Shown here piece by piece: positions 24,540-37,800 of a stretch of 64,000 nucleotides of DNA. The DNA is from Octopus sinensis (lineage: Eukaryota): assembly GCF_006345805.1 (NCBI RefSeq), contig NC_043013.1, positions 62,001-126,000 on the forward strand, in the 5' to 3' direction. The notes below the pieces were generated by a model, which made no database searches, had not been told where the DNA came from, and saw only the letters and a program-made list of their open reading frames with translations. Position 1 is the first letter of the stretch, and every line of letters begins with the position of its first letter. The position numbers were made by a program, and so were the translations under genes.

Positions 24540-26400
24540 AGGAAAGAGCCTCATGCATCCGGGTGGAGAGATGCCTTATGGAACAATGTTTAGAACTTGC
24601 ACTGGGTAATATGAGACGCTAGATGTGACATCCCACTCTGAAGCTCACACACAAAGACTTTCCACTTTCTTGTGCATTAGTGAGGAATTTACATTCATTC
24701 TGGAGAGAGGTGAAAGTATTGGATATGTCAGAACTAAACATCAGGTGGCGAAGAGCATGGATTATCCTACAGAGTGAGAATATAATCAAACTTACAGGAA
24801 AAGAAACAGCATCAGGAAAACTGATCCAGAAGTCCTGATCCAGGTAGAACTTGAAAACCTAAACAAGATTCCAAATCAAATAGACTCTCAAACATCATAG
24901 GGAAATGCAAAAAGCCCAAGAAGATGCCACACCTATCACTGGTGACAAAAGCAGAAGACCTTTGCTTCTCCAAGATCAAGGCAGAGAACTTTTAATTTGC
25001 TTGGAATCTGATTTAGGTGAACTACTAGGTGAACAAGAACTTGGACAAAGTTATGAGCAGAGTAGAGAGTCTCATCCAGATATGGGATGAGGAAACTATC
25101 CCAGAAAATTCAGGCAGAGTTGACAAACAATACTTACTACGTCATCATCATCATTTCGATGTCCACTTTTATATACTTGTATAGGTCAGAGTTTATTGCG
25201 GCAGATTTTCTATGGCTGGATTCTCTTCCTGTTACCAACTCTTATCTGTTCCCAAGCAAACTAATATTTCTCCATGGCTAACGGAAATGAATGATACTGC
25301 TTATACAACAATAACACTCATATACAACAACCAGAATATGTCAAAACCAGGAGACACACATGACAGGTTCCTTTCAGTTTCCATCAAACAGATCTGCCCA
25401 CAAGGCTTTGGTAAACCCGGTACTATAGAAGACATTTTGCCTAAGGGACTGGGCCTGAAACCATGTGGTTGGGAAGCAGACTTCTTAACCACACAGCTAT
25501 GAGCAAAATGCCTTGCTCCACATTTCTTTTATTCACGCAGTCAACTGACTGAAAGCACCCTCATCCTTGAGGGTTCAATATGCCCTGGCTGATGACGACG
25601 CAAAGGCAGGTCCCAAGGGAAGTAAAGAACAAGACTGGAACACGAAGCATCTGAAATGTTGCTGGACCCTCACGGCTTTGTAATAGTTAAGCAAAATAGT
25701 CAGTGGAACTTGCACATTAAACATTATTAGTGGTGACGAAGGACAGCAACATTGTCAGGGAAACTAGTTGGTCTATTCTTGAGGACCTTCAGCTTAAGGA
25801 TTATGGATGACTTCCAGAAAAATGGGGGGAATTGTCAGTTTGAGGTATTCCCTACAAGTATGGAAAGTGCTATCAGCCGACCCTGTCCAAGAGGAATGCA
25901 AAGTGATGAAAGCATTTTGTACACACGCATCTAGTGTTGAAGCACTGTGGCATTCTGTGAAACAGTTGTTGTTGCATGTAGGACAGATGTAGATATTGGT
26001 GAATTTATGGTAAAAACTACCCCTGCGCTTTCCTTTGGGAAATAAGGACAGGCAGTTCTCCTCTGTCTTGTGTGTCTAAGCAAAAGAGGTTGTTGTGATG
26101 GATGTGATGTGGAAGGACTGAGATCAGACACTTTCATCAGACCTTCCTCTTCAAGTTCTAAAAGAGAAGGAGTAAAAGTGGAGGAAAATGGTGAGCAGGA
26201 TTCACTTGAATGGACCTACTCTCAGAACATACGCCTGAAGACTTGAGAATACAGCTGCGAGAAAACACTTTCCATTTTATAGTCAGAGTAATCCTAGATT
26301 TGTCAAGTTCCTTGACTGGCCCTAGATGGCAGTTCTCCTCTTGGGACATTACCATATCTTATAGACTTATATACTTCATTATTTTCCATTATATTTCATT
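24540..26400 (+). mobile_element. Heavily decayed L1/Tx1-type LINE ORF2 relic, interrupted by SINEs
   Basis: Fragmentary motifs KNLDKVMSRVESLIQIW..RKLS (~25040-25105), RPCPRGMQSDESILY (C-terminal zinc-knuckle relic, ~25876-25925) and AVLLCLV. Many stops. Confidence 0.5.
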
Positions 26401-26514
26401 TCAGTGTAAACCCCGACATCTTTTGTAACCTGTCCTTGTAACTTTCCCTCATCTACAGACTGAGTGGCAATAAACATTGCTGTTGTGGTTGCTATTTTGT
26501 TGGTGGTGATGGTA

Positions 26515-26885
26515 TTATTGGTCGACTTTGCCTTTCATCCTTTTACGGTCAATAAAATTAAGTATCAGTTGCACACTGGGGGGGGGTCGATCTGATTGAC
26601 TGGCCCCCTTCCCCAAACTTTCAGGCCTTGTGCCTAGAGTAGAAAAAATTACTATTATTATTATTATTATTATTAAGGCAGCAAGCTGGCAGAAACGTGA
26701 GTACGCCGGTCAAAATGCTTAGTGGCATTTCGTTTGTCTTTACGATCTGAGGTCAAATTCTGCCGAGGTCAACATTGCCTTCAGGGTTGATAAATTAAGT
26801 ACCAGTGAAACACTGGGGTCAATGTAATCGACTAGTCTCCTCCCCCAAAATTTCAAGCCTTGTGCCTTTAGCACAAAGGATTGTT
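26515..26885 (+). mobile_element. Two tandem SINE family B copies separated by (ATT)n
   Basis: The GTCGACTTTGCCTTTCATCC and GTCAACATTGCCTTCAGGGTTGATAAATTAAGTACCAG blocks occur one after the other. Confidence 0.65.
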
Positions 26886-28599
26886 GTTATTATTATTATT
26901 ATTATTGACTTTTCTGCTTCCTTTTATATTTTCACATTTTCTTTCTACACTCACTCCAGTACATAGTTTTATTTCTAACAGTTTCTTCTTCTTCTCCTTC
27001 TTCTTCTCCTCCTTTACACGTTCCATAAGTCCTCTACCTTTATTACATTGCACCACCACCCCACACTCCCATCAACACCTCATGCACAGGAGTTATGATT
27101 GGCACTAAAACCATACCTATGTCCCAAATTACTATACGAGTTACAAGCTGAAACAAGTGGCCCGACCATGCTATTTAACAGGAACAACAACAATCACAAC
27201 AACTCTAACCAACACAAGCAACAGTACCTCCCTCCCACACACACACACACACACACCCACTTCAGCCAAAAGTCGGTTAAAGGTTTCATAGCTTTCATCA
27301 AGCAAGAAAGAGTCATGTCTAAGAGGGCGTTAATTAAACTCTGGTTGGGAGGCCCAGTGTGAAGGTGGGACGTGGGTGCATGAGAGAGAGAGAGAGAAAG
27401 AGAGAGTATCAATCAGAATGAACAGCCGTAAAAATATAAAGAAAAGATTAAAAACAAAGGGTAATGAACATTTTCCAACTGGACTCTCAACCAGGCACAC
27501 ATTTATATAAAGGGAAGAAAATAATAGTGCTCTGTCTATATTAATGATAGCGTTTCAGTAGAGGAAGGCAAAAGCAACAATCTTCACCATGGCACAGAAT
27601 ACGCAGTGACACACACACACAAAGCAATGGTGAGGTGGTCCTTATTCGGGGTCGGTTGCTTATGCTGGTATTTTTGTATATACTGTAATGATCCATAGCA
27701 AATGAGAAGGAATGTCTGCACGAGCAACTCTCCCTCTCCCTCCCTCTCTCTCTCTCCCTCTCCCTCTCTCCCTCTCTCTCTCTCCCTCTCTCTCTCTCCT
27801 CATAACATTACACATGCAAGCAACCAAAAGTACACACACACACACACTTATTCGCAACACCACACAAGCACATATATCCACACACCACATTTATCTGGAT
27901 ACACATGCACACACACACACACACACACACATACACTGAGATGTCCAGGTAGAGAAATTTTCTCCCTCTCTCTCTCTCTCTCTCTCTCATCAGAAGTGAT
28001 TAAAGAAGCAAAATGACTTTTTTTACGAAATAAAATATAAATTTGGTATAACCACTCTCATTAAAATGAGTCAACGAGGAGCCTCTGCATGGTTAGTTTA
28101 GCAACTAGAAACAGCAGCCAAGTACCTTCAAATAACAATCTACTACCTTAGACCTGGAGCAAAACAACAACTATTATAATCATCATCATCATCATCATCA
28201 TCATACATCTGTTTTCTATGCTGGCATGGGTTGGACAGTTTGACAGGAGCTGGAAAGGCCAGAAAGCTGCACCCAGCTCAGGCTGTCCTGCTTTGACATG
28301 GTTTCTAAATGCACCCAGCAGAGAGTATACTGAGTGCCACTTTACATGGTACTGGTACAGGTGCTTTTTATGTGGCACCAGCACAGAGTTTCTAATTGAG
28401 GCACAAGGCCAATAATGGGGGAAAGACAAGGGTTTCACTTCCCTGATCCTTTATTTTATTGACCCAAGAAAGGACGACAGGCAAAGTTCGCCTTGGTGAC
28501 ATTCAAACGCAGAAGATACAGAACTGGAATAGATGCCACAAGGCGACGATAGTGGTTTCAAATATTGACACAAAGCCAGGAACTGTAGAAGTAAGGGAT

Positions 28600-29750
28600 A
28601 ACGCAATTACATTAACCTCAATGCAAGACTCGTACTTATTTTTATCGACCCTGAGAAGATGAAAGGCAAAATCAGCCTTGGTAGCATTTGGACTCTGAGC
28701 ATAAAGTCAGGGAAAATGTCACTTAGCATCTTGTCCAGCACAGTAATGGTCTGCCAGCTCACCATCTTGATAATAATAAATATAATCATCATCATCATCA
28801 TCATTGTTTAACGTCCGCTTTCCATGCTGGCATGGGTTGGACGGTTAAACTGGGGTCTGGGAAGCCAAGAGGCTGCACCAGGTTCCAATCTGATCTGACT
28901 GTTTCTACAGCTGGATGCTCTTCCTAATGCCAACCACTCTGAGAGTGTAGTGGGTGTTTTTTACATGCCACCGGCAGAGGGGCCAGAGGAGCTGGCATCG
29001 ACCACGATCGGATGGTGCTTTTTTACGTGCCACTGGTACGGAAGCCAGTCAATAATAAGAAGAAGAATCCTATCTGCTATAGGCACAAGGCCTGAAATTT
29101 CAGGGGGAGGAGTCTAGTTGGTTACATGGACCCTAGTGTAAAACTGGTACTTAATTTATCAACCCCAAAAGAATGAAAGGTAAAGTTGACGTCAGTGACA
29201 CAGATGGACGAAATGCCACTAAGCATTTAGCCAGGCATTCTAATGATTCTGCCAGCTCGCTGCCTTAATAATAATAATAATAATCCTATTATTGGCAGAA
29301 GGCCTGAAATTTGGTGGGAGGGGGCCAGTTGATTAGATCGATCCCAGTATACTACTAGCACTTAATCTATAGACCCCGAAGGGATGAAAGGCAAAGCTGA
29401 CCTCAGCGGAATTTGAACATAGAATGTAAAGACAGACAAAATGCTGCGAACGATTCTGCCAACTCACTGTCTTAATGATAATAATAATCATTTCTGCTGA
29501 AGGCACAAGGCCTGAAATTTGGGGAGAGGGAGCTAGTCGATTACATTGACCCCAGTGCATAACTGGTACTTAATTTATAAGACCCTGAAAGGATGAGAGG
29601 GAAAGTCAACCTCGGCGGAATTTGAACCCAGAACATAAAGATGGACAAAATGCTGCTAAGCACTCCCTCTGGTATGCTAATGATTCTGCCAGCTTGCCAC
29701 TTTAATAATAGTAATAATAATAATAATAAAAACAATAATAATAATAATAA
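28600..29750 (-). mobile_element. Cluster of SINE family B copies (three head-to-tail at 29060-29750) plus a family C copy, spaced by (AAT)n
   Basis: Repeated AGGCACAAGGCCTGAAATTT...TACATTGACCCCAG...GGATGAAAGGCAAAGTCGACC...ATTTGAAC...GATTCTGCCAGCTC units. Further copies lie at 31480-31810, 32925-33380, 41355-41740 and 47440-47660. Confidence 0.7.
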
Positions 29751-30652
29751 CAACAATGATAAACTTCGTAACTAATATCAACATTTCTTTCATACAATCA
29801 CTAGTATTCACAAGACAATTTCCCCACCACCACCACAACCCTAACTCCCTATGTCACTATACCACCAGTCACCAGCCTTACCACTGCTGTCACAACAGGT
29901 AACACACTGTCACCATCACCACCACCACCACTTCACCAATACAGTTTTTCCATCACAACTACAGAAACATCTCTCCCACCACCACTGTACTACTATCAAC
30001 CACCACAATCAGTTCCCACCCCTCGTACATACACAGACACTCCTTCACCACCCTGCTCTCTGCGCTCAAGTCAAATTACGGAAAATCCAAAATGAAATTG
30101 AGAAAATTAATTTTATATTTTGTGGAGAATTGAGAAAACATGATCTTGTAGAGATGATAGGAAATATGGAACAGAATGGTTGGAAGGTTAACAACAACAA
30201 CAATAACGAGGATCATTATTATTGTTGTTGTTATTATTATTATTATTTTGCACAAAACAACATAATAGTGGGGAGGGCATAATTGACAGCAACGCCACCC
30301 CACCCCCTGTAAATTATCTTATTGACCGTCCACCCACCAACCTTGAGCAATGAAAGGTAAATATTGGTGACTCCTCTGGGATTTAAATTCAGAAGATAAA
30401 AATGGATATAAGAAAGGCATGTAGTCCACCATTCTACCATTTCCTGCAACTCCACCACCATCACTACTATTACTGATGATGATGGTGATGATAATTTTTT
30501 TTCACACAGGAGCATAATTTACTGAAAACCAAATAAAACTACTGATACACACATCATCAGTGTTGCTTCTCTTTCTAGTTATGGCTGACAATCTTCTGCT
30601 CTGGGTAATAAACTGCTTTGCCACTCAAGTGATAACTAAAGGAGAAACAAAA

Positions 30653-30733
<81 letters not shown>

Positions 30734-31804
30734 CTTTATACCAGACGTATTGTGTTCTCTCTACATGTTGAATGTTCATTGAGTAACAGCTCTATCTGTC
30801 TGTCTGTCTTTATCTGCCTTTATCTATCTACCTGTCTATGTCTGTCTGTCTGTCTATATCTATCTATACAGAAATACACAAATTCATGTGTGTGTGTGCG
30901 TGCGTGCATTGTGCTTGCCTGTACGGATATGTTTGGAATACATGTTTGGAATGCCCATGCAGAATGTGGTCCGAATGAATATGCTCACACACACTTTACA
31001 TGGAAACAGAATACAATAAAAAGAAAACAACAAAAAAGAAAGCAACAAGCCTGACTTCAAGTCAAACATGGGAGAGACTGAAGAATGTTGACAGTTGGTG
31101 TTGAAGTACATGCGACTTGTCTCTAGGGGTTATTTTAAGAGCGTTCTTTTGCCTTCCTTTTTTTGTTATAGAAAATCCGCCAACCCCACCCTCAAGCAAA
31201 GAAATACAATACGCAACAGGACTTAAAAAAACTAAAATAAAAATAAATTTAAATAACTAATACTTATTTTATAAAAACAAAAAAAAAGGTGAACAGGTCC
31301 TTTTCATTATTATTTTCAAATAAAATATAAAAGAGAGATAAATAATAAATGGAAAGAAAAAGTGGACAAAATATAATTTATTTTTAAAAATGGCATTAGA
31401 AATATAGAATATAGAAATATAATGGTGGGGAAGGTGCAAAATATAATTTCTGTGAATAATAACAAGAAAACTAATAATGGTTCCCAATTTTGGCCGAAAG
31501 CAAGCAGTTTTTGAGGGGGGGGGGGTCAATTACACTAATCCTAACTCATTTTATGGACCCTCAAACAATGAATTTGAACTCAGGACATAAAAACAGACAA
31601 AATGTTGCTAAGGGTTTTGCCTGGTGGTGTAACAGGCCATCATAATAGTGATCATCTCTAGTATAGGCACAAGGCCTGAAATTTGAGAGAAGTAGGGGTG
31701 GCTAGATGATTTCATCAACCCCAGTGCACAACTGGTACTTATTTTATTGACCCTAAAAGGATGAAAGGTAAGGTTGACCTCAGCAGAATTTGAACTCAGG
31801 AATA

Positions 31805-32900
31805 ATAACAATAATGAAATTATTGTGTACAGTGTACAGGTGCACTACAACCCATCAAAGGTGCACATACAGTACATAGAATTATGTACAAAAGTCAGGA
31901 ATGTGAACAGTGTATGAGTCATGCTATACATGTGTGCATGCAGGGATATCGGGTGTAGTGTTGGCAAATTTCAAGAAGCATGGAGGTTTTAAAGGATGCA
32001 ATTACTTGGTAACTAACAACTAATGCAGGTAGTTTGTTTGCTCCATGCTTCAGCAATCTTGAGTGTGAAAAAATGTTTCTCAAAGTCATGGGAGCTGTGC
32101 TGTTTTCTGGCTTTGTAGGCATGGCCATGTGTAGGTGTTCCCAGACGTCGGAGCTTCAATGTATCTATGCCTAGGAAAACAAGACATTCAGAGTATGGTA
32201 GATGCTTGATGGAGGGTATTCGCTTGGTTGCACATCTCTGAACAGTTTCCAGGAGGTTAATGTCCTGAGCAAGATAGGGGTTCCAGACTAGTGATGCAAA
32301 TTCCAAGTGTAGCCATACACAGCGTTAAATAGATAGCTGGAGAGCAGCTGACAAAGGTCTTGCTGAGTGATGCCAAGACACCCTCAGCCTTCTTGATAAT
32401 TTTAGAGATGTGCTTTGTCCAATGCAAATTGCTGTTGAGAGTTATGCCCAGGTCACATTCACAAGAATACTTCACGATATTAGTGTTGTGGAGAAGGCAT
32501 GTGGACGCTGGGATTTTCCTCCCAAAATGCATGATTGTACACTTGTCCACAGCCAGCTTTAGTTGCCCATCCATGATCCATTGTTGCATTGTGTTTGGGT
32601 CCAATTGCAGGAAAGGTGCATAGTGTTCAGGATCTGTCCTTTTTATCAAGACACAGCTTGATGTCATCTGCATATTTCAGCACTGTGGCATTCCTTAAGT
32701 TGGCATCTATGTCATTAATGTATGCAACAAACAAAAGGGGACCAAAAACAGATCCCTGCAGTACATCTCATCTCAGAGGGTGAAGAATGTTGTCCTAAAA
32801 CCGTGACTACCTCTTTTTGACTGGGAATGAATGACTCCAACCAGTTAAAAAGATCATCTTTCACACCAATACAAAGCATTTTGTCTGACATGCTAACTTT
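31805..32900 (-). mobile_element. Decayed CR1-group LINE fragment
   Basis: The minus strand encodes QGSVFGPLLFVAYINDI...LKYADDIKL, DLGITLNSNLHW and LEFASLVWNPYLAQDINLLETVQRCATK. Confidence 0.8.
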
Positions 32901-34789
32901 CTGCCAGTTTGTAAAAACTAATAATAATAATCCTTTCTATGACAGACACAAGGTCTGAAATTTTGGGGGAGGGGACTAGTCGATTACATTGACCCCAGTG
33001 TTTCACTGGTACTTTATTTATTGACCCCAAAAGGATGAAAGGCAAAATCGACCTCAGCAGAATTTGATCTCTGAATGTAATGACAGACAAAATACTGCTC
33101 AGCACTTTGCTTTTGATGCTAACGATTCAGCCAGCTCACTGCCTTAATGATGATGATGATGATGATGATGATTTCAAATTGTGACACAAGGCCAGCAATT
33201 TCAGAGGAGGGGGTAAGTGAATTACATCAACCCCAGTGCTCAACTGGTACATATTTTTATCGACCCAAAAAGGATGAAAGGCAAAGTTAACCTTGGCAAA
33301 ATCTCAACACAGAACATAAAGATGGATGAAATGCCACCAAGCGTTTTGCCCAGTGTGCAGACAGTTCTGCCAGCTCGTCACTTTGATGGCATGCACTGCT
33401 CTCTCACTCAATAATAATAATAATAATAATAATAACAATGTCAGAAATGCATTTGAAAAGGAAAAATAAAATTCTGAAGAAATATTAATTTTTAAAAAAA
33501 CTTATATTATACCAATAATACCACTAGTACTACACTAATGTGATGATGATGATAATGATGATAATTCCAGAAATGCTTTTAAAAATCAAATCTAAAAAAT
33601 ACTAAAGTAAATGGAATATAAAAATTTAATAAACGAATAAAGAAATAAAGAATGTAAAATACATAAAAAAATAAAGCAAGCTAAATAAAAATATGTATTT
33701 GAAAATTGTCCTGACAAAGTGGAGGAAGAAAAGAAATAGAAAATCAGAAAATACTTAAAAAAAAAAAAAGAAAAGAATTTAATTCCTATGACTAATCAAG
33801 GGACGTACAATGTGAATATATAATTTGAAATAACAAACAAAGCTAAGGTGTGTATTTTTTTGTGTGAAATATTCAAGTCGTTTTTGCATTAGTGCAGTGA
33901 CAAATAGGAAAAATTAAAAAAGAAAATACAAATTACATAAAAGTAAAATTAAATTGAAAACAATCAAAAAGCAAATTGTTGGTCAAATATATTATTATAA
34001 GCAGTCTTCCCTCCCCAGATGGAAGTTCAGATTAAACCTTTTCTTTATCATTTGCTTGTTTATTTTTAAGTAGAATGATAGAGTGAATAGTGACATGCAT
34101 TGTGTAATAACGGAGAAGACAGCTTCTGTCAACTTGTTAATATTTCTCTTCTTTGCAACAAGACAGCCAACTGATGACATGTCTTGATTGCTTTCATTGT
34201 AGAATGGCAAACATTTCTAACAACCCCACCCCACCTGCTAAACCAGTACACCCCCACACCTTATTCCGCTTCAAACTCACACAGAGATTGTTGGTCAATA
34301 CATGGGCTGCTAGACTTAATGCCAATTTGGCACTTTAGAATCCAGTTTGACATGTTTCCCATCTCTCTAAACCTTACTTAAGCTTATTTAGGTTTATTCT
34401 TGTATTCCACTGACATAATTAAGAAGGGGTGGATTGGCCAAAACAGTAAGGGTATCAGTTAAGTAGTGACTGGCAATATTCAGTTGTGTCCTTCCACACA
34501 TTTTCAGTTCCAATGCCCATCGAGGTCAACTTTGCAGTCCATCTAGTGATTGATAAAAATAAAGTATCAATCAAACATAGAAGTGATTGAACTGACGTGT
34601 TCCTTTCTGTAAAATTTGGTAATTCTGTATCAATGTAAGAAACCATTCATTTTATTACTCTGTCTCAGAGATCAATAGTTTGCTTTACATTACCTCAGTA
34701 ATATCAGTCATCGACTGGACCATTACAAATGTGTAGTTTTGTTTCAATGAGAGTCAACATCTAGTGGTGAAGTACTCTGAAAGGGGGTG

Positions 34790-35311
34790 ATTAAAGTAGA
34801 TCAATAGGATTTAGCAAAGAATTAGCAATAAAGAAAAACAGACAAGAGTGGAAGCTTTGGAGCAAATTAGAAGAGGAAATTAAGAAAAGCATTCCAGCCA
34901 ATGGGCTAACAGCTGAGAATGCTGCTGAGCAATTTATCTCCTCAATACAAGACATGAAAGGTGTGTTGTTAGAGCTAAGATACATGTGTTGTAAAACAAA
35001 AGAATGAAAGCCATTCATATGGACTGAGATGTGGTAGCTATGACACCCATCCAGTCATTGATGAAAGAGGACAGACTCATGCTATTTGATTTCAATCAGA
35101 TGAGTGCAGCTTTCCAGGTGCATTTTGCTCAACTGTTCAAAGCAAATGGTGGACTGGAGACAAGCAGCAGTGCCTACCTTGACAGCATGCTGCAGATCTC
35201 AGAGCAAGGGCTGCTGCAAAAATGACAATGACTAAAGCTAAAATATGTTAGCATTACATAATTGTGCAAAGGTTAAATTAACTGGTTTGAATAGAGTATC
35301 CTACAAGCTTT

Positions 35312-35359
<48 letters not shown>

Positions 35360-36230
35360 GCAAGACAGCTTTGTGAAAACTTCTGGAAACAGAAAAGGAA
35401 AATTCCTCGTCCTGTGGGCCGAGAAGTAGTAGCACCATTGGGGAAGGATGTAAACAAGAACATTATTAATAATCTGTAACCCATAACTTTACTGAATTCA
35501 GAGCTCAAGATTTTAGCAAAGGTGCTAACTGACATTGGCACTAGTCAGTAGTGGTTGTGAGTGTGGAAACTTACATGATCCCAGGCAGATTTATGCATGA
35601 CCTCCAACATTGTAGAAAGGATGGGTAACAATCTTGGTTTCAGTGGGACTCTAATCAATATGGATCAATCAAAAGCTTTTGATAAGATCATTTACTGTTA
35701 TTTGGCAGCTGTCCTCACAGCAGCCTGTTTCAGTCCTGTTTTCAAAAGGCTGGATTGCTTCAATATACAGCAACATCTGTTCGGTTGTTTGACTAAATGG
35801 ACATCTGTTGGAACTTATCTCAATCATATACTCAATCAGTCAAGGATACTCCCTCATCCTTTCTGTATGTAGTGATTCTCAAACCTGCTGTGGCAACTGG
35901 AAGTGTTGAAGAGCATCCTGTTTGAATGGGAAGCGAGAGAACTGTATCAGGCAACATCATTATATCAATGCTCAACATCATGAAAAGTCAAAGGGGTAAT
36001 CATCATTCGAAAGGAATATAAAGTGGTAACAGGAAGAAAAATTGACACAGAGAAATCAGTGGGCTTCAAATTGGTACCCATAGAATCGAATCTATATTGG
36101 TGGTCCCGTGTCAGACTAGTTAAATTATCTGGGTTTTGGTTCAATCCAGACTTCAAGGGATAAGATTACAAGCAAAATGGACAGTCTCACTCAGAAATGA
36201 ACTGAAAGGAAATTATTCCAGAAAGGATGG
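34790..36230 (+). mobile_element. Decayed L1/Tx1-type LINE ORF2 fragment
   Basis: PITLLNSELKILAKVL (~35478-35530), INMDQSKAFDKI (~35655-35690), and an NGHLL...SQG..PFLYV-like segment. Multiple stops. Confidence 0.65.
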
Positions 36231-36254
36231 CCATGGGTCACAAACAGGTACATC

Positions 36255-37215
36255 GCATCACCATCATCACCATCGTTTAATGTCTGTTTTCCATGCTGGC
36301 ATAGGTAGGACGATTTGACTGAGGACTGGTGAACCAGATGGCTGTAGCAGGCTCCAATTTGATCAGGCAGTTTCTACTGCTGGACGCCCTTCCTAACACC
36401 AACCACTCCAAGAGTGTAGTGGGTGCTTTTACATGCCACCGGCACGAGGGCCAGTCAGGCAGTACTGGCAATGGCCACACTCAAATGGTGTTTTTTATGT
36501 GCCACCTGCACAGGAGCCAGTCCAGTGGCACTGACAACGACCTCGCTCGAATGTTTTTTCATGTGCCACCAGCACAGAAGCCAGTCAGCATGCCCAAATG
36601 CTGCTCTTAGCGCTCCACTGGCACAGGTGCCAGTCATCAAATTTGATTTGATTTCAATTTCACTTGCCTCAACAGGTCTTCACAAGCAGAGTTTAGTGTC
36701 CAATGAAGGAAAGGTACACATAAATGGGCTGATTACATCCATGGCATAGGCTACAAGATATGGTCTCACTTGGCTTGCCGGGTCTTCTCAAGAACTGCAT
36801 ATTTCCAAAGGTCCCAGTCACTAGTCATTGCCTCGGTGAGGCCTAATGTTCGAAGGTCATGCTTCACCACCTCATCCCAGATCTTCCTGGGTCTACCTCT
36901 TCCACAGGTTCCCTCAATCGCTAGGGTGTGGCACTTTTTCACACTGCTAGCCTCATCCATTCTCACCACAAGACCACACCAGCGTAGTTGACTCTCTTGC
37001 ACACCACATCTGATGCTTCTTAGGTCCGACTTTTCTCTCAAAGTACTTACACTATGTCAAGTACGTACATTGACATTACACATCCAGCAAAGCACACTGG
37101 CTTCGTTCTTGCAAGCTTACAAATGTCCTCAGCAGTCACAGCCCATGTTTCACTGCCATGTAGCATGGCTGTTCGTACACATGCGTCATAGTCTACCTTT
37201 TACTCTGAGCGAGAC
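36255..37215 (-). mobile_element. 5'-truncated RTE-clade LINE: ORF C-terminus and long 3' UTR with tandem hairpin units and a (GAT)n tail
   Basis: KGRLYDACVRTAMLHGSETW and LRWCGLVVRM...GRGRPRKIWDEVVKHDL. The 3' UTR is identical in type to the family C repeats. Confidence 0.85.
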
Positions 37216-37724
37216 TCTGGGACTCACAAAAAAAACAAAAACATGTCAGTGGAATACTCAGCCGGTTAAACATTAATTTAACAAATGGGTATGCATGTCT
37301 ATGGGGTACTGAACCACTTGCATGTTAATTTCATGAACAGCAAGCTGTTCCGTTGATCAGATCTACTGGAATACCCATTGCTATAACTGAAAGAATATCA
37401 ATGAAATGATGGGAAGAGGTTGAGTTGGAGGGAGAAGAGAATGGCTGGCAACAGAAGAAGTGGATGAAGGCAGACTTGGATAATGAGTGAGATGGGTGGC
37501 AATGGATGAAAGATTAGACCATATTTGTCAGCAGCAATAGTTGTTTTTAGTGTCATTCATGAGGCAAAAGCAATTGGTATTTCATGACATATTTCTCTTT
37601 TAATGACGACCCATCCGTGACCTCCTCTTCGAAAGTCAAATTAAAATTTCAATCAAAATCTTATACTATGGGAGATATTGTGAGATATTTATGGATTAGT
37701 GTCAGTATAACAACAAGCCTCTGT

Positions 37725-37800
37725 CAGCAGTTCTCAAGCACAGCTCCCAGGGCCACATGTGCCCTCTAGCATCCTTCTGGCGGCCCTTGACCATTTTGTT
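37725..37800 (+). mobile_element. Possible hAT/Charlie-type MITE end (similar end GGTTGAGAACCACTG at 44611-44625)
   Basis: CAGCAGTTCTCAAGC...GGGCCACATGTGCCCTC resembles Charlie-type terminal sequence. No TSD was verified. Confidence 0.35.

Noticed and set aside
25931-26157. Apparent terminal coding exon on the minus strand (polypyrimidine tract + AG, then ELEEEGLMKVSDLSP...LQH*)
   Set aside because: The plus strand of the same region carries L1/Tx1 C-terminal relics (CPRGMQSDESILY, AVLLCLV). No partner exons were found, so it is most likely the antisense of a decayed LINE.
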